Assembly (NCBI RefSeq): GCF_009914755.1
Contig: NC_060930.1
Origin: the human T2T-CHM13v2.0 reference genome, Homo sapiens
Strand: one strand, 5' to 3'
DNA length: 64,000 nt
Of this stretch, positions 38,282 through 51,801 are shown in pieces. Positions within the stretch are counted from its first letter, which is position 1. The number at the start of each line of letters is the position of its first letter. The position numbers and the translations under genes are program-made. The notes below the pieces were generated by a model. That model saw nothing but the letters and a program-made list of their open reading frames with translations, was not told the DNA's origin and made no database searches.

Positions 38282-39414
38282 ACAGGCTTGTCTTCCAGTT
38301 AGTCCAAAAGACAGAATCGTTTCTGTTTTCTCATAACTCCAAGAGGGGGAAAAAAAGTCTATGTGAGAGAATAAAAAACTTCATGTATCTTTAATGTTGC
38401 TATTTAAAATTTCCCTCTCTTTGCTCATATTAGCCCGAGTATCTAAAATTTTATTGTGGCCATTTTGACACAGCTGTTTGGACCCCAGTGATTTGGACAT
38501 TTACACGCATTTCATGTCTTTTTAAAAACAAACCACTAACTTTTCAACTTTTCCTTATTATCAAGTTACATATATGGCCACATTACCTCTCTCTGAGCCT
38601 CAATGCACCGCAGATCTCACTCCATCCCCAGACTTCCTCCAATCCCAAATTTTTACCTGCCTCTCTGGGGTTGGTTGCAGAGGAGGCATGCAGTGAAGGT
38701 AGTGTGGGCAGATTACCTGAGCTTGCTTTTTATAAAAAAAGCTAAAGACCCATGCCTCCTTTTTCAGTTCTCATTGAAATAGACCAGTAGCAACATTACA
38801 ATGGCTTTTAAAAATATCCCTTCAGTCATCACACACAAAACCGCAGGTACTCAGGAAGTGCCTGGAGGAACAGGTTTCAGTGGTGTTTGACAGCCCTTAG
38901 AGGGCAATCAAATTGTGACCAGTGGCATCCTCTAAGTAATGTGCACATTTCCTGCCTTTGTGGGCTTTGTGGTGAAGGACCATTGGTCAGAGAGATTCCA
39001 CCCAGTGGCCTAAGCTCACAACAATGCCCTTGTAACTGCTTGACCCTGCTTGGCTCAGCTGTTTCGCATATGTGAAAGCCCTCATGGCCTCTGTCTCCTC
39101 TTCCCACTTCCCCCAGCCCCCGTCATTCCACATCCTCTTCCAGAACCAGCAACTGTGGGCACCTTGGAGAACTGGAAAAATGCCACCCCAATAAAACAAC
39201 CACCTGTTGACCAGCTTTTCCTGGGCTTCAACCTCCCTAACCAAGGACACTCAGTAAAACGTGTTGGCCCGAGTGACCCACTGTTCTACCTGACTTACCC
39301 AAACTGGAATGTCCCACAGCAGCAAGGGGCACCCACAAAAATAAAGCACTTTCATTTACAATGGAGAAAAGCTCTCTTCCCTGCCTGTGGCAGTGGACAG
39401 CACTCACCCTGCCT

Positions 39415-39418
<4 letters not shown>

Positions 39419-39460
<42 letters not shown>
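39419..39460 (+). repeat. (CA)~21 microsatellite
   Basis: Perfect AC run. Confidence 0.95.
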
Positions 39461-39463
<3 letters not shown>

Positions 39464-41479
39464 TAGGGTAAAGAAAGAAAATCCAGAGAAGGAAAGAGAA
39501 AAGGAGTCCTTTTAAAAATAAGCTTCTTATATTACAGACATTCCTCTGGCTCCCGGCATTTCCAAGTGGCAAATGGCACTTCTCGGCACTCTCTACTGAA
39601 GCTCATCATTGTGTTTTATTCATCACCACACATACATGTGCAAGGATTGAGTGTGCTGGGGCATGAGGGTATGAGAGGGGGTGAAAAAGAGTGGAGAAAG
39701 AAGGATGGAGGAGAGTATGGTGGAAAAAGAAAGGTTTTATTAAAAATACCGAAAGCAAATACTGCATTCCTGAACCGTATATTTTCCAAAAAACTAGTTG
39801 CATGTTGGCAAGTAGCATCTTTTTATTTAATCCACAGAATGCTTTTCAATGAAGAAAAAGGAATCCAAAACAGTCCCAAGGGGAATTGGCTTGAAGAATT
39901 ATCAAGAGGCAAACATTTAGAACACAAAAACCCAGTGGAGAGTGTAAACACTAAAAAAATTCTCTGTGTGTTACTAGTTTCAAGTATGTCTCTTTGTTAT
40001 CTTATTTTCCTCTCTCACTTCTCTTTGTCCCTCCCTGCCTCCATCTCATTGGGTCTCCCTGGGAGGCCCTGCCTTCATTGTGTACATCATAACGAGTCAC
40101 AATATCATCAGACTGGGCCGAATCTCTGAGCATCACCCTCAGGAGGGAGCCTTGGTTCCCTCAGTCCCAGGGACCCCACCTAGCCCAGTCCCTCAATCAT
40201 TTGCAAGAATGTCGCTGAGTCCTTCCAGCCAGAGCTGCCAAGCTTCAAACTGCTAAAATAGTGGAGGAACTGAGCCAACAAACTTCCCTCTGCATCAGCT
40301 TTAGGTGGGAGTAGGGGGAGGTAAATAAAACCAGACTAGGAAAAAGCCAAGAGCATCCGGGAGAGCTGACATGACCATGAGCTGGAGCCTGTGTAGAGCA
40401 CCCTATTTCCACGGAACTCACCCAGCATGTGTTGGTCATCATTTATGCCACTCCTACTTCCCCCAAAGAACACAGACTGTAGACACTTGGTATTACAGTT
40501 TTGACTCTTCATCAGTGACTCCAAAAGCCCATGACGTAGTCATTTATAATTTAACTAAAACAGAAATCTGTGCTCCCTCTGAGGCTGTTGTGTAGAAGTG
40601 AGTCATTTAGGAAGTGAGTGAGTCCCAACAGGCTGCCCTGCATCTGCCTCTCAGCTTTAAGGTTCTCATTTCATTCACCATTTCATTTAATCCTGATAAA
40701 AACCTAGCAGATGGCTGTCTTTATCTCCATGTTGAAGATGATGAGCTGGCCAAATCAAATGCTACAATCAGGTACTTGAGATTTAGATAGTCTCAAAGAT
40801 TTTAGAGCTCTTAATAACAGAGAGTCAGAGTATGGTCTGAAATAAGTACATGAGAGAAGAACCCAGAACTTGGGAAAAGATGGTCACTGCTGTCAGGCAT
40901 TAAACCTAGCCATGAGCTTCCTGGCAGCCAAGGCAAGGAGGAAATACAAAAATGTTCAACCAACTAAGTAGCTTACCATTTCAGTCTTTATGATATTGCT
41001 TACTGAATCATCTATATTTGGTTGGTTGTTAGATAGAGACATGCTGAAAAACACTTCTTCAAAGAGTCAGGGCCCATCAGAGTTTGAGCTTTTGTCTCAT
41101 GGGTCAGTTCCCTCACTGGAATCCAAGTGACAAAACTCACCATTCACCTCATACTAACATATCAGTGCTACTAAAACATGTGTTGTCATCAGTGAAATTA
41201 TTTACTTCAAAGGTTTATCAAAAAGGGACTACTTCTTAGGGTTGTTTTTATTTTTAAAAAAATTACAAAATGGTGCTAAATGTACCCCAAAAAAATGCCT
41301 CAATGGATGGCCAAGAAAAGAAACAAGAGAATGCACTAGTAGCCAGCAGGCCAAATGATCATAAAAATTTCCAAGGACCATATTCTTCTTATTAATATGT
41401 TTTTCTTATAAATGTATTTGTTATAAATATAATAATAAAACAAGAATATTGAATGAACATAAATGGTAATCTAAAACTA

Positions 41480-43660
41480 CCAAGAGCCCTCTACAGGTGA
41501 AAGCTACCAAAACAGAGTTAATACTCACTTTAAAGATTGTCCAGAAAATAGAAAAAGAGAAAACGCTACCCAATCCATTTTAGGAGACTAGTGTAATCTT
41601 CATTCTGAAACCATTTACAAACTATACAAACAAGAAGATTTTTCTCTCATTCGTAGTTTTGAATATGAATGTGATCACCCTGGGTAGAATACTTGCTGAT
41701 CAAATCCAAAGAGTAATAGATAATAACATATCATGATCAAGAAGACTTCCTCCCTCAAGAAATACAATAGTTCATTTTTAAAATCTGTTAATCTACCACA
41801 CCAATAGATTAAAAGAGCAAAATCATCTCATTATTTCAATAGGTGCAGAAAAGGCATCTGATAAATTTCATCAACTATTTATAACTTTTAAAACAACTCT
41901 TAACAAACTAAGTTGATATTTCAAGTTGGTAAAAGTTATACACCAGAAATTAGGAGCAAACAACACTTCATAGAGAAACTTTGATGCATTTTCTTTAAGA
42001 TCAGGAACAACGTAAATAATCCCCCCCAACACACACACACCCACTACTGTTTCAAACATGGAATTAGAAGTCTCAAACAGTATTGGGTAGGGGAGAAAAG
42101 GAGAAAAGAGGTTTAAACATTGGAAAGGAAGATATAAAACTACCATTGTTTGTAGATGGTATGATTATCCCACAAATAAATACCAACAGAATCAACAGAT
42201 AATCTATTAGAAAATAAAAAAATCAAAAAGAGAATTCAGCACAGTGGATGGATACAAGATTGGGCATTAAAAAAAGCAATAGCATTTCTTTAACATCAGC
42301 AATAACCAACTGCAAAATACGTTTTGAAAATTAGATACCATTTGGAGTTGTACCAAAACTATGCAGTATTTTAATTGAGAAGTTCTCTTTAAAGAAAACT
42401 TTTAAACCCAATAAGGGACACAGAGAATGATCTGAATACATGGAGAGGCATTCTTTGGACTGGATGGTTGATATCATATAGCAGACAATTCTTCCCATTA
42501 ACCTGTATATTTAATGTAATCCCAAATGAAATTATATTTGAGTTACTTTTTTTAACAGACCAATTACATTTAGTCAGAAATTAATGAAATAATAAATGTC
42601 AAAAGCTGGTTAAGTCAACCTATAAAACAAGATAGGTATCTTGCCCTAATAGATACTAAAACCTACAATAAAACCATAGTTTAGTGCAGTATTAATACAA
42701 AACAGAACAATAATGAAAAATATTAGACAGACTAGGGACAGTTCCATATACACAGAAAAACTTAACATAAGATTTTTTAATAGTCCCATAAATCAATGCA
42801 GAAAAAAATGCAGTATTATGAAGATGGTGTAGAGAAAATTGGCTCATTTTATGGAAAGCAATGAAACCAGATTTCCATCTAACATCACATACAAAGGTAA
42901 ACTCCAGGTGGAGTACAGTTAAATGTGAAAAGTAAAGCTTTAAAGTTAATAGAAGAAAATGTAAAAGGACACCCTTGATGCCTAGTGAAGAAGCACTTTT
43001 TAAAATCTCCAACCATGAAACAAAAATACGGATGAGTTTTATTATATCAAAATTATGAATTTCTGTTCAATAAGGAATACCCATGCAAACACCAACAAAT
43101 AGACTATTGATTCAGAGATCTTTTCAAAGTATAAAACAGGTACTGTAAGTCTAAACAACTAATATTTATAATATACAAGTAAATCCCACCAATAAAATGA
43201 AGAAATCCAAAAAGCTAACAAGCCTAAAAAGAGATGTTCAAAGTTAGTTATAATCAGAGAAATACTGATGAAAACAACAGTGAGATATAACTTGACTAGT
43301 AGATTTGCATAACATCTAGAGCTGGCTATAAGAACTATCACGTACTTCTGGAGGGAAGAAAGACCGAAGAGAGCTCTGACACATCTCCCTAGAGTAGATA
43401 TGACCAGACTTTGTGACTCAGAATTTCTACTCCCATGTATATAGCTTAAGTAAGTTCCTATCGAGACCATAAGTGGCATGTACAAGGATATTTATTTGTA
43501 GTAGAAGCAGAGGGGGAGTTGGCAGCAAACTGAAATCCATCCCTGAAAGAGGGGCTGGCTGAAATGCACAGCATACACACCATGGGGTCAGAAACAATGG
43601 TCAAGGTGTTCATGGAGCAACTTGGATTGCCCTTATAGCAATATCATTTGGGTAAGTTTA
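41480..43660 (+). mobile_element. Decayed old L1 ORF2/3' region
   Basis: 'atttcaataggtgcagaaaaggcatctgataaatt', 'gtttgtagatggtatgatt', 'aatcagagaaatactgatgaaaacaacagtgagata'; many stop codons. Confidence 0.75.
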
Positions 43661-43664
43661 AAAA

Positions 43665-44374
43665 CATCAGAGGATGTATGGAAACGCCTGGATGTCCAGG
43701 CAGAAGTCTGCTACAGGGGCAAAGCCCTCATGGAGAGCCTCTACTAGGGCAATGAAGAGGGGAAATGTGGGATTGGATCCCCCACACAGAGTCCCCACTG
43801 GGGCACTGCCTAGTGGAGCTGTGAGAAGAGGGTAACTGTCCTCTGGATGCCAGAATGGTAGATCCACTGACAGCTTGCACCATGCACCTGGAAAAGCTGC
43901 AGACACTCAATGCCAGCCTGGGAAATTAGCCACGGAGCCTGTACCCTGCAAAGCCATAGGGGTGAAACTGCCCAAGGCCTCGGGAGCCCACCCCTTGGAT
44001 CAGTGTGACCTGGATGTGAGACTTGGAGTCAAAGGAGATTATTTTGGAGCTTTAAGATTTAATGACTGCCCTGATGGCTTTTGGACTTGCATAGGGCCTG
44101 TAGCCCCTTTGTTTTGGCCAATTTTTCCCATTTGGGATGGGAGCATTTAGCCAATGCCTATAACCCCATTTTATAACACCTTGGAAGTAACTAACTTGCT
44201 TTTGATTTTACAGACTCATAGGTGGAAGGGACTTCCCTTGTCTCAAATGAGACTTTGGACTCGGACTTTTAGGTTAATGCTGGAATTAGTTAAGATTTTG
44301 GGCAACTATTGGGAAGGCAAGATTGATTTTGAAATGTGAGAAAGACATGAGATTAGGGAGGGGCTGGGGCAGAA
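43665..44374 (+). mobile_element. THE1/MST-type MaLR internal sequence (3' part)
   Basis: 'cagaggatgtatggaaacgcctggatgtccaggcagaag...gtcaaaggagattattttggagctttaagatttaatgactgcc', ending in the PPT 'ggaggggctggggcagaa'. Confidence 0.9.
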
Positions 44375-44739
44375 TGATATGGTTTAGCTCTGCGTCCCCA
44401 CCCAAATCTGATCTCGAATTGTAATCCCTGCATGTTGAGGGAGGGATCTGGTGGGAGGTGATTGGATTATGAGGGCAGTTTCCCCCATGCTGTTCTTGTG
44501 ATAGTGAGTTCTCAAGAGATCCGATGGTTTAAAGGTGTAGCACTTCCCCCTTCATTCTCTCTTTCTCTCCTGCTGCCACGTAAGACATGCCTTACTTCCC
44601 CCTTACCCTTCTGCTGTGACTCTGAGTTTCCTGAGGTCTCCCTAACCTTGAGGAACTATGAGTCAATCAAACCTCTTTTCTTTATAAATTACTCAGTCTC
44701 AGGTAGTTCTTTATAGCAGTGTGAAAATTGACTAATCCA
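44375..44739 (+). mobile_element. THE1D-like LTR
   Basis: 'tgatatggtttagctctgcgtccccacccaaatctgatctcgaattgtaatccc...ctttatagcagtgtgaaaattgactaat'. Confidence 0.88.
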
Positions 44740-45399
44740 CTTTCCTTTTAGGTACTTTCCATAGACAAAGGTCTTCACAATATTTTAAGCAAATTATAAA
44801 TGCATATTATGAATATGCCATAGAAACAACTGTATTTCAAACTGTAAGGCTGGAGGCATTTAAATAAAATGGAGTTTGTACTGCTTCTCTCCTGAATATC
44901 AGTGGAACACTGTCTTAGTGACTCTCTCCACCTACTGTTGCTTAAGCATATTCTGTCCACCTGGTGTTTCTGACAGTCCCACAAAGAGTTTGGCCCTATT
45001 GTTTCTAGATTCTCTTTCAGCCATTACAATGTTTGTGGAACCAAAACCTTAGTTAGAAGACTGTCATGCAAAAGAAGTGAAGGAGGTTGTATTGATTGGA
45101 TTTTCAACTGCACCAGCCAAACACCTACTTCCTTCTCATCCTTCTCTCATGTATGTTGAACCTCTAGCTCATCATAAGGCCAGGCTTTAAGAACAATGAT
45201 CCTGTCCAATCCCATCATTTTATATAAGAGAAAATGGGACCCAGAGAAGGGGAATATGACCAAGGCCAGACTAACGTAAGTCTCTCTTGAAACAAGAAAG
45301 TATTATTAACTAGGTAGCATTAGAGCTAAAACTCAAAACCAAATCTCCCACTTCTAGTTTATTCTCCTTGTTGGCCATCTTAGCTTAGTTGTTCATTGT

Positions 45400-45650
45400 A
45401 AAGCAGTGGTTAAGAGCACAGGCACAGGAATCAGATCTCTTGGAGTTACAATTCTGACTCTACCATTTATCAGTGGTGTGATCTGTGCAAGTTACTCAAC
45501 CTGTCAATGCCTCAATGGTATAAAAAGAAGATAATAATGATATCCACTTCATAGAAGTTTCATAAATACTAAATAAGATAATCCATGTGAAGCACTTACA
45601 ACAGATCCTGGGCTTAAGTACAGTTTCAATAAATATTGGTTATTACTGTT
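45400..45650 (+). mobile_element. MIR
   Basis: 'gcagtggttaagagcacagg...ctctaccatttatcag...gcaagttactcaacc...gaagcacttacaacag'. Confidence 0.8.
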
Positions 45651-45976
45651 ATTACCTGAAGAAAGATGACCTAAGGCATTAGTTTATTATAAATCCTAGT
45701 TCTGTCAAGAAACTTAATCATATGAATCTTAATTTGATCATATGCTAGAGGCAAACACAGTCGGAATCCATTTTGCCAAATATCAAGAGAACATTACTGT
45801 TCAATGCAGAAGATTTCTGCCATTCCTCAAATTTGCCACCAGATGACAGCAGTTGATAATAGGAAAGACAGCTCAGGTATGACTTGACTAATGCTTCCTC
45901 CTTTAAAATAAAAGCACCCTTTACAACCTTTGTAAAGCCCTCTTAAAGAGTCAATTTCCTTTCCTCACTATAACTC

Positions 45977-46330
45977 CGTAGGGGAGAAAAAGTAATATTC
46001 TTTTCTCAGTCCCACAAGGGTCATGGCTGACATCCCTATAAAAAAAGACACATTAAAAAAAGAAATGTATAACAAATTTAACAAAGTTTTACATGAGTCT
46101 TAAGAAATGAAGACCCAAAGACCCAGGGAAAATTGTGGATGTTTATGTTAAGTCTGATGAAAGAACTGGATGGTTGTGGAGAAATGTGATTGGACAAAAA
46201 GGAGTAGGATGTAATGGTAATAAACAAGGGGAGCTCAACAAGGCCTGTTTGTTCATATTCTTTTCTGTCTCTGTAGGACATTCATTCCCTGCAGATACAG
46301 GGCAGGACACCTGTCGCATAAGGACCAACT
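45977..46330 (-). mobile_element. ERV1 MER4-group LTR fragment
   Basis: 'gaaatgaagacccaaagacccagggaaa...tgtggagaaatgtgattggacaaaaagg...aaggcctgtttgttca'. Confidence 0.55.
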
Positions 46331-46519
46331 AATAAACAGATCTTTAGTTCTATCAAACAGCACCCAAGAACCAGTGTTCTCTCTCTGAAGTCCCCAGGTC
46401 TGAGAATGATCCAGGGATTGCATCACCATTGCATCACATAATTCATGTTTAATGCATGTGTTGGCATATGTTGTCTTTTCTACTATCTTATGAATGATTT
46501 TTATGTTATTGTATGCCGA

Positions 46520-46658
46520 AATGATAGCATTTTAGATAAATTTGGTTAAATAAGATATATTGTTAAAATTAATTTCACCTGTTTCTTTTCACTTTTTTAA
46601 AAATTTGAAATAATATATATGTCTCTCATTATATCTCTATTACTTAGTGCTGTTCTAA
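46520..46658. mobile_element. MER3-like hAT fragment
   Basis: 'ttggttaaataagatatattgttaaaattaatttcacctgtttctttt...cattatatctctatt...gtgctg'. Confidence 0.6.
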
Positions 46659-48271
46659 AGGAACTACATTCAGAGAGTCACCTTATCAGGAAAGAGCCTG
46701 AAACAGAAGATTTGGCCCCTCACATACACTCCTTGGTGCTATGCCTTTGTGCTTTGAATACATAAGTTGCTTGAGCTTGAACTAGAACAAGACACAAAAA
46801 TTGGCTCAAGATTTCTTAGCTCAAAGGTGAAATCCATGTGCAGCAGATAAAAGATAACTGGCTAGGGAGTAGGATAGCAGGAAGCTCACCCGGTCATAAA
46901 CTAACTTAGCCTTGACTAAGTTGTTTAATTTCCTTACACCTGCTTCCTCACCCAGGGTGGGCTAAGATACTTCCTAAGATGCATTGATATTGTAAGTTTC
47001 ATGATTAAACCAAGCTACCAGGGTCCATTCTCTTCCAGGTTATTGAAAAGTCAGTCCATGCTCACAGATTCAGCAAGACAAAATCAAGGCTTTGCCCTTT
47101 GTGACAAGGAGGAAGAGGGTGGACAGACTGTGGGAGGACCAGCACAGAGCCTTCACTCTCTGGGAGAGACAAGTTCTGCACACTAACTCATCATCTACAG
47201 CCGATCCACTTGGTTGTTCACACACACCCTCCCCACCCACATCCCATTATCTGACCAAGCACAGATATGGACCTGGCCTCCAGCCAATACCCACTGAAAA
47301 GATGACACTAATCTCAAGAGCACTTCTTCATCCACTGAGCAAATAGTGTGCATACACTGTTCACAAGGCACAAGATTGATGCTGGGGAGAGCATGGGAGC
47401 AAGATTGAAATATTGCCTACCTTCAGGGAGCCTAAATTCCAGCAGGAGAAGAGACATGTAAGAAAGGGCTGGACAGATAATTACTTAGTGTGGTACAAAG
47501 TAGGAAGAAGAAACACCGAGTGTGAAGAGAGCTTAGAATAGGGTCACCCATGCTGTCTGGATAGTGTTTCTGACATGCATGGTAAGCCAATGTGGTTGAG
47601 TAGTGAAGAAATTGGAATCCACGTGCAGATGGTTGGGTTCAAAGTCCAAATGTGCAGCCTGCTAGTGATGAGATTTTGGCCACACTGTTTTAGGCATTCT
47701 ACTCTTTGTTCTTCTCACCTGAAATATAGGGATGATACTAATAGTATCTACCTCCAAGGTAGTTGGAAAAAGTTAGTGGGTCAATACAGAACACCAATGG
47801 GTCAGTTAGAAAATGCCTGGCAAGTAGTAACACTACTTCCCAAAGGTTTGTTAATTATCACTGGAGATTCCAATGGAGTTTGGAGATTCTCAGATATCCA
47901 TTCATAGTTAAGCCCATTTTAGAGACTTTCTTTAGTCACAGCTAATAGAAGATTCTACTGGGGACCTGAGCCAGTCTCCCAAGTACAGGGTCCTCCCCTT
48001 ACAAATGTTAGCCTCCCTCCAGGTAGTCCCAGGTGTCAGCAGAGAAGCAATTCCTTCCATACGTTTCCAGACCCAGAAAAATTGCTGATAATTCACAGAA
48101 GAGGAATAACCAAGAGCTAATAAACAAGAAAAATTGCCCAACTAACCAGCCTCCAAAGAACTGCAAATTAAACAGCTAAACACAATTCGCTGTGTATCAA
48201 TTAATGAGATTTTTGCCTTTATTGATGTCAATGTTGTTTTTTTCTAATTTCAATTGGCTTTTATAATTCTA

Positions 48272-48559
48272 TTTTTATTTTTTATATTTTAGAGACAAAG
48301 TCTTGCTCTGTCATCCAGGCTGGAGTGCAGTGGTGTGATCAAAACTCACCCCTGGGTTCAAGGGATCCTTCCGCCTCAGCCCCCTGAGTAGCTAGACTAC
48401 AGGTGCACACCACCACACCCAGCTAAATTTTTTATTTTTTTGTAGAAATGGGGTCTCTCTATATTGCCCATGCTGGTCTTGAACTCCTGACCTCAAGCAA
48501 ACCTCCCAGCTCAGCTTCCCAAAGCACTGGGATTATAGGCATAAGCCACTGTGCCCAGC
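48272..48559 (-). mobile_element. AluJ-like
   Basis: 'gagacaaagtcttgctctgtcatccaggctggagtgcagtgg...gccactgtgcccagc'. Confidence 0.92.
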
Positions 48560-48787
48560 TTCGTTTAGATTGATTTTAATAATAACAATGCCAGGAAGGG
48601 TTCAATGAAACAGATAGTTATCATTCCTTTCCTTCAATAATTAAATAATACGTATACTAGAAACTGTGCTGTCTTTGTCAGCTAGTAGGAGTATAAATTA
48701 GAAACCAGGTGTTCAGAAAGCAATGTGACAATATGTAACACAGCTCCCAAAAATGTTCATACCCTATACATTTCACTTTTAGGGATT

Positions 48788-49011
48788 TTGTTTGTTTGTC
48801 TGTTTGTTTGTTGTTTTGAGACAGAAATCTCACTGTTGCCCAGGCTGGAGTGCAGTGGCGCATCTTGGGTCACTGCAACCTCCACCTCCCAGATTCAAGC
48901 AATTCTCCTGCCTCAGCCTCCCGAGTAGCTGGGACTACAGGCACCTGCCACCATGCCTGGCTAATTTTTGTATTTTTAGTAGAGACGAGGTTTCACCATA
49001 TTGGCCAGACT
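48788..49011 (-). mobile_element. Truncated AluS-like element within an old L1
   Basis: 'gagacagaaatctcactgttgcccaggctggagtgcag...tttcaccatattggccagac'. Confidence 0.9.
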
Positions 49012-49734
49012 AGGGTCCTAAGAAAATAATCCAAAGTGGAGACAAAGATTTATGCACAGAGATGTTTATTACAGTATCATAGTAGAATACTAGAAATAGT
49101 CTAATTACTCAATAATATGAAAATGTTAAACAAGTTATGGTGCAGACACACAAAGTTATTTTAGGTATCCATTAAAGATTTTTACAAAGATTTTTAACAG
49201 TATATGGAAATATATATCCCATAATTTAAAATTTTAAAAATGTCAGGCATAAAATTGCATATCCAGACTATCTCAACCACTTAAGACAATTAGACATAAA
49301 AAGAGGGAAATACACCAGAAAATTAATAGCATTTATCTTGAGGTGATAAGTTATAGGTGGATTTTACTATTATATGAATATTTTTCTACAGGTTCCACTT
49401 TTTCAAAATGTGCATAGAAGCGTTGCTTGCTTTCGTGTTACTCCGAGCCAATGGCAATAAGCATGGGCATGTGACTGCAGATGTCCAGGACTGCAACTGG
49501 AGCTGAATTTGGAAGAGTAGCTTCAGATCCTGGGGTCTCTAGTCAAGGCTACAAGCCCAGGATTTAAGAATAGCAAAGACTGTTCTCTGAACACACGATA
49601 AAGGAGGAAGATTTCTCTCCTTTGTCCTTTTGACACTCCGTTCTACACCCTTTTGTCATTCTACCCTTTCCCCACTGCTTCCTCTCCTCAATTTCTGGGT
49701 GCTCTTAGAGTCACAAGAAAGACTTATCAAGTAA

Positions 49735-50022
<288 letters not shown>

Positions 50023-50239
50023 TACTTTCATATTAATAAAAAGACAGTTTCAGGAAATGGCAAAGCTTGTCTGTAGGCAAAGAAATGTACCTTGGACAAT
50101 GTCCTTTCTAGCACTATAGGACTGCCTGGTGAGAAAAATATGACAATCTGACTATGTTTTGAAGATACTGTGGACCTAGCCCCTCCTAAGTGCAAATACA
50201 GCCTGGACTTTGGCAGCTGAAGTTTTAAACCTTCTATTT

Positions 50240-51600
50240 CAGAACAGAGAACCCAGAAATAAAGCTGCACACCTACAGCCATCTGATCTTCAACAAAGTT
50301 GACAAAAATAAGAATGGGAAAAGGACTTCCTATTCAATAAATCGTGGTGGTGTAACTGGCTAGCCATATGTAGAATAATAATACTGAACCCCTATCTTTC
50401 ACCATATACAAAAATTAACTCAAGATGGATTAAAGATTTAAATTTGAGACCTTAAACTATAAGAATCCTAGAAGAAAACCTAGGAAATACCATTCTAAAC
50501 ATCAACCTTGGGAAATAACTTATGACTAAGTCCTCAAAAGTGTTGAAACAAAAACAAGGATTAACAAGTGGGATCTAATCAAACAGAAGGGTTTCTGCAT
50601 AGCAAAAGAAAACTATCAACAGAGGAAAGAGACAACTTAGAACAGGAGAAAGTATTGTAAACTATGCATCTGACCAAGTTCCAATATCCAGATTCTGTAA
50701 GAAACTTAAATCAATAAGCAAAAAGCAAATAACCCCATTAAGAGGTGGGCAAAAGACATGAACAGACATTTCTCAAAATAAAACATACAAATGGCCAATA
50801 AACATATGAAAAAAATCTCAGCATCACTAATCATCAGAGAAATGCAAATCAAAACCACAATGAGATACCACCTTACAACAGTCAGAATGGCTATTATTAA
50901 TATTAAAAAGTCAAAAACAACAGATGCTGGCAAGGCTTCAGAGAAAAGAAAATGCTTATACATTGTTGGTGGGAATGTAAATTAGTTCAGCCACTGTGGA
51001 AAGCAGTTTTGAGATTTTTCAAATAACTTAAAACAGAACTACCATTCAACCCAGCAATCCCATTACTAGGTATATACCCAAAGGAAAATACATCATTCTA
51101 CCAAAAAGGTACATGTACTCATATGTTTATTGCAGCACTATTCACAATAGCAAAGACATAGAATCAACCTAGGTGCCCATCAACAGTGGATTGGATAAAG
51201 AAAATGTGGTACATATACACTATGGAATACTACGCAGCCATGAAAAAGAACAAAATTATGTCATTTGCAGCAACATGGATGCAGCTGGAGGCCATCATCC
51301 TAAGTGAATTAACACAGGAATAAAAAATCAAATACTACATTTTCTCACTTATAAGTGGGAGCTAAACATTGAACACACATGGACATAAAGATGGGAACAA
51401 CAGACACTGAAGACTGCTAGAGGGAGGAGGAAGGGAGTGGAGCAAGGGTTGAAAAACTAACTATTGGGTCCTATGCTCAGTACTTGGGTGAAAAGATCAA
51501 TCACACCCCAAACCTCAGCATCACACAATACAGCCAGGTAACAAACCTGCAGGTGTATCACTGAATCTAAAATAAAAATTGAAATTATTAAAAACAAAAG
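50240..51600 (+). mobile_element. L1 3' end (old primate L1PA/L1PB-like), ORF2 C-terminus and 3'UTR
   Basis: ORF 50791-50985 '[33 protein letters not shown]' is the L1 ORF2 C-terminal motif; the 3'UTR ends 'ctgaatctaaaataaaaattgaa'. Confidence 0.93.
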
Positions 51601-51801
51601 CAAAAACCTTCTGTTCCGTTTCCCTGTGGGCACCAAAAAGTTTTCCCTCCCCTGCATCATCTTAATCAGTCTCTAGTCTCTAGTCCCAGAGACCCTTGGA
51701 TGGGTCTCACCTCACCCAAATATGGAGTGAATCTCATTAAAGAAAAACGAACTGCTTCAGTTTTCCTCAAACCCCACCTCACTTCAGTCTCTGTTACAGC
51801 A

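Noticed and set aside
39566-40129. 187-aa ORF
   Set aside because: GTG start, low-complexity composition, no recognisable homology.
50706-50985. ORFs with L1 ORF2 similarity
   Set aside because: Fragment of a truncated, mutated L1; not a functional gene.
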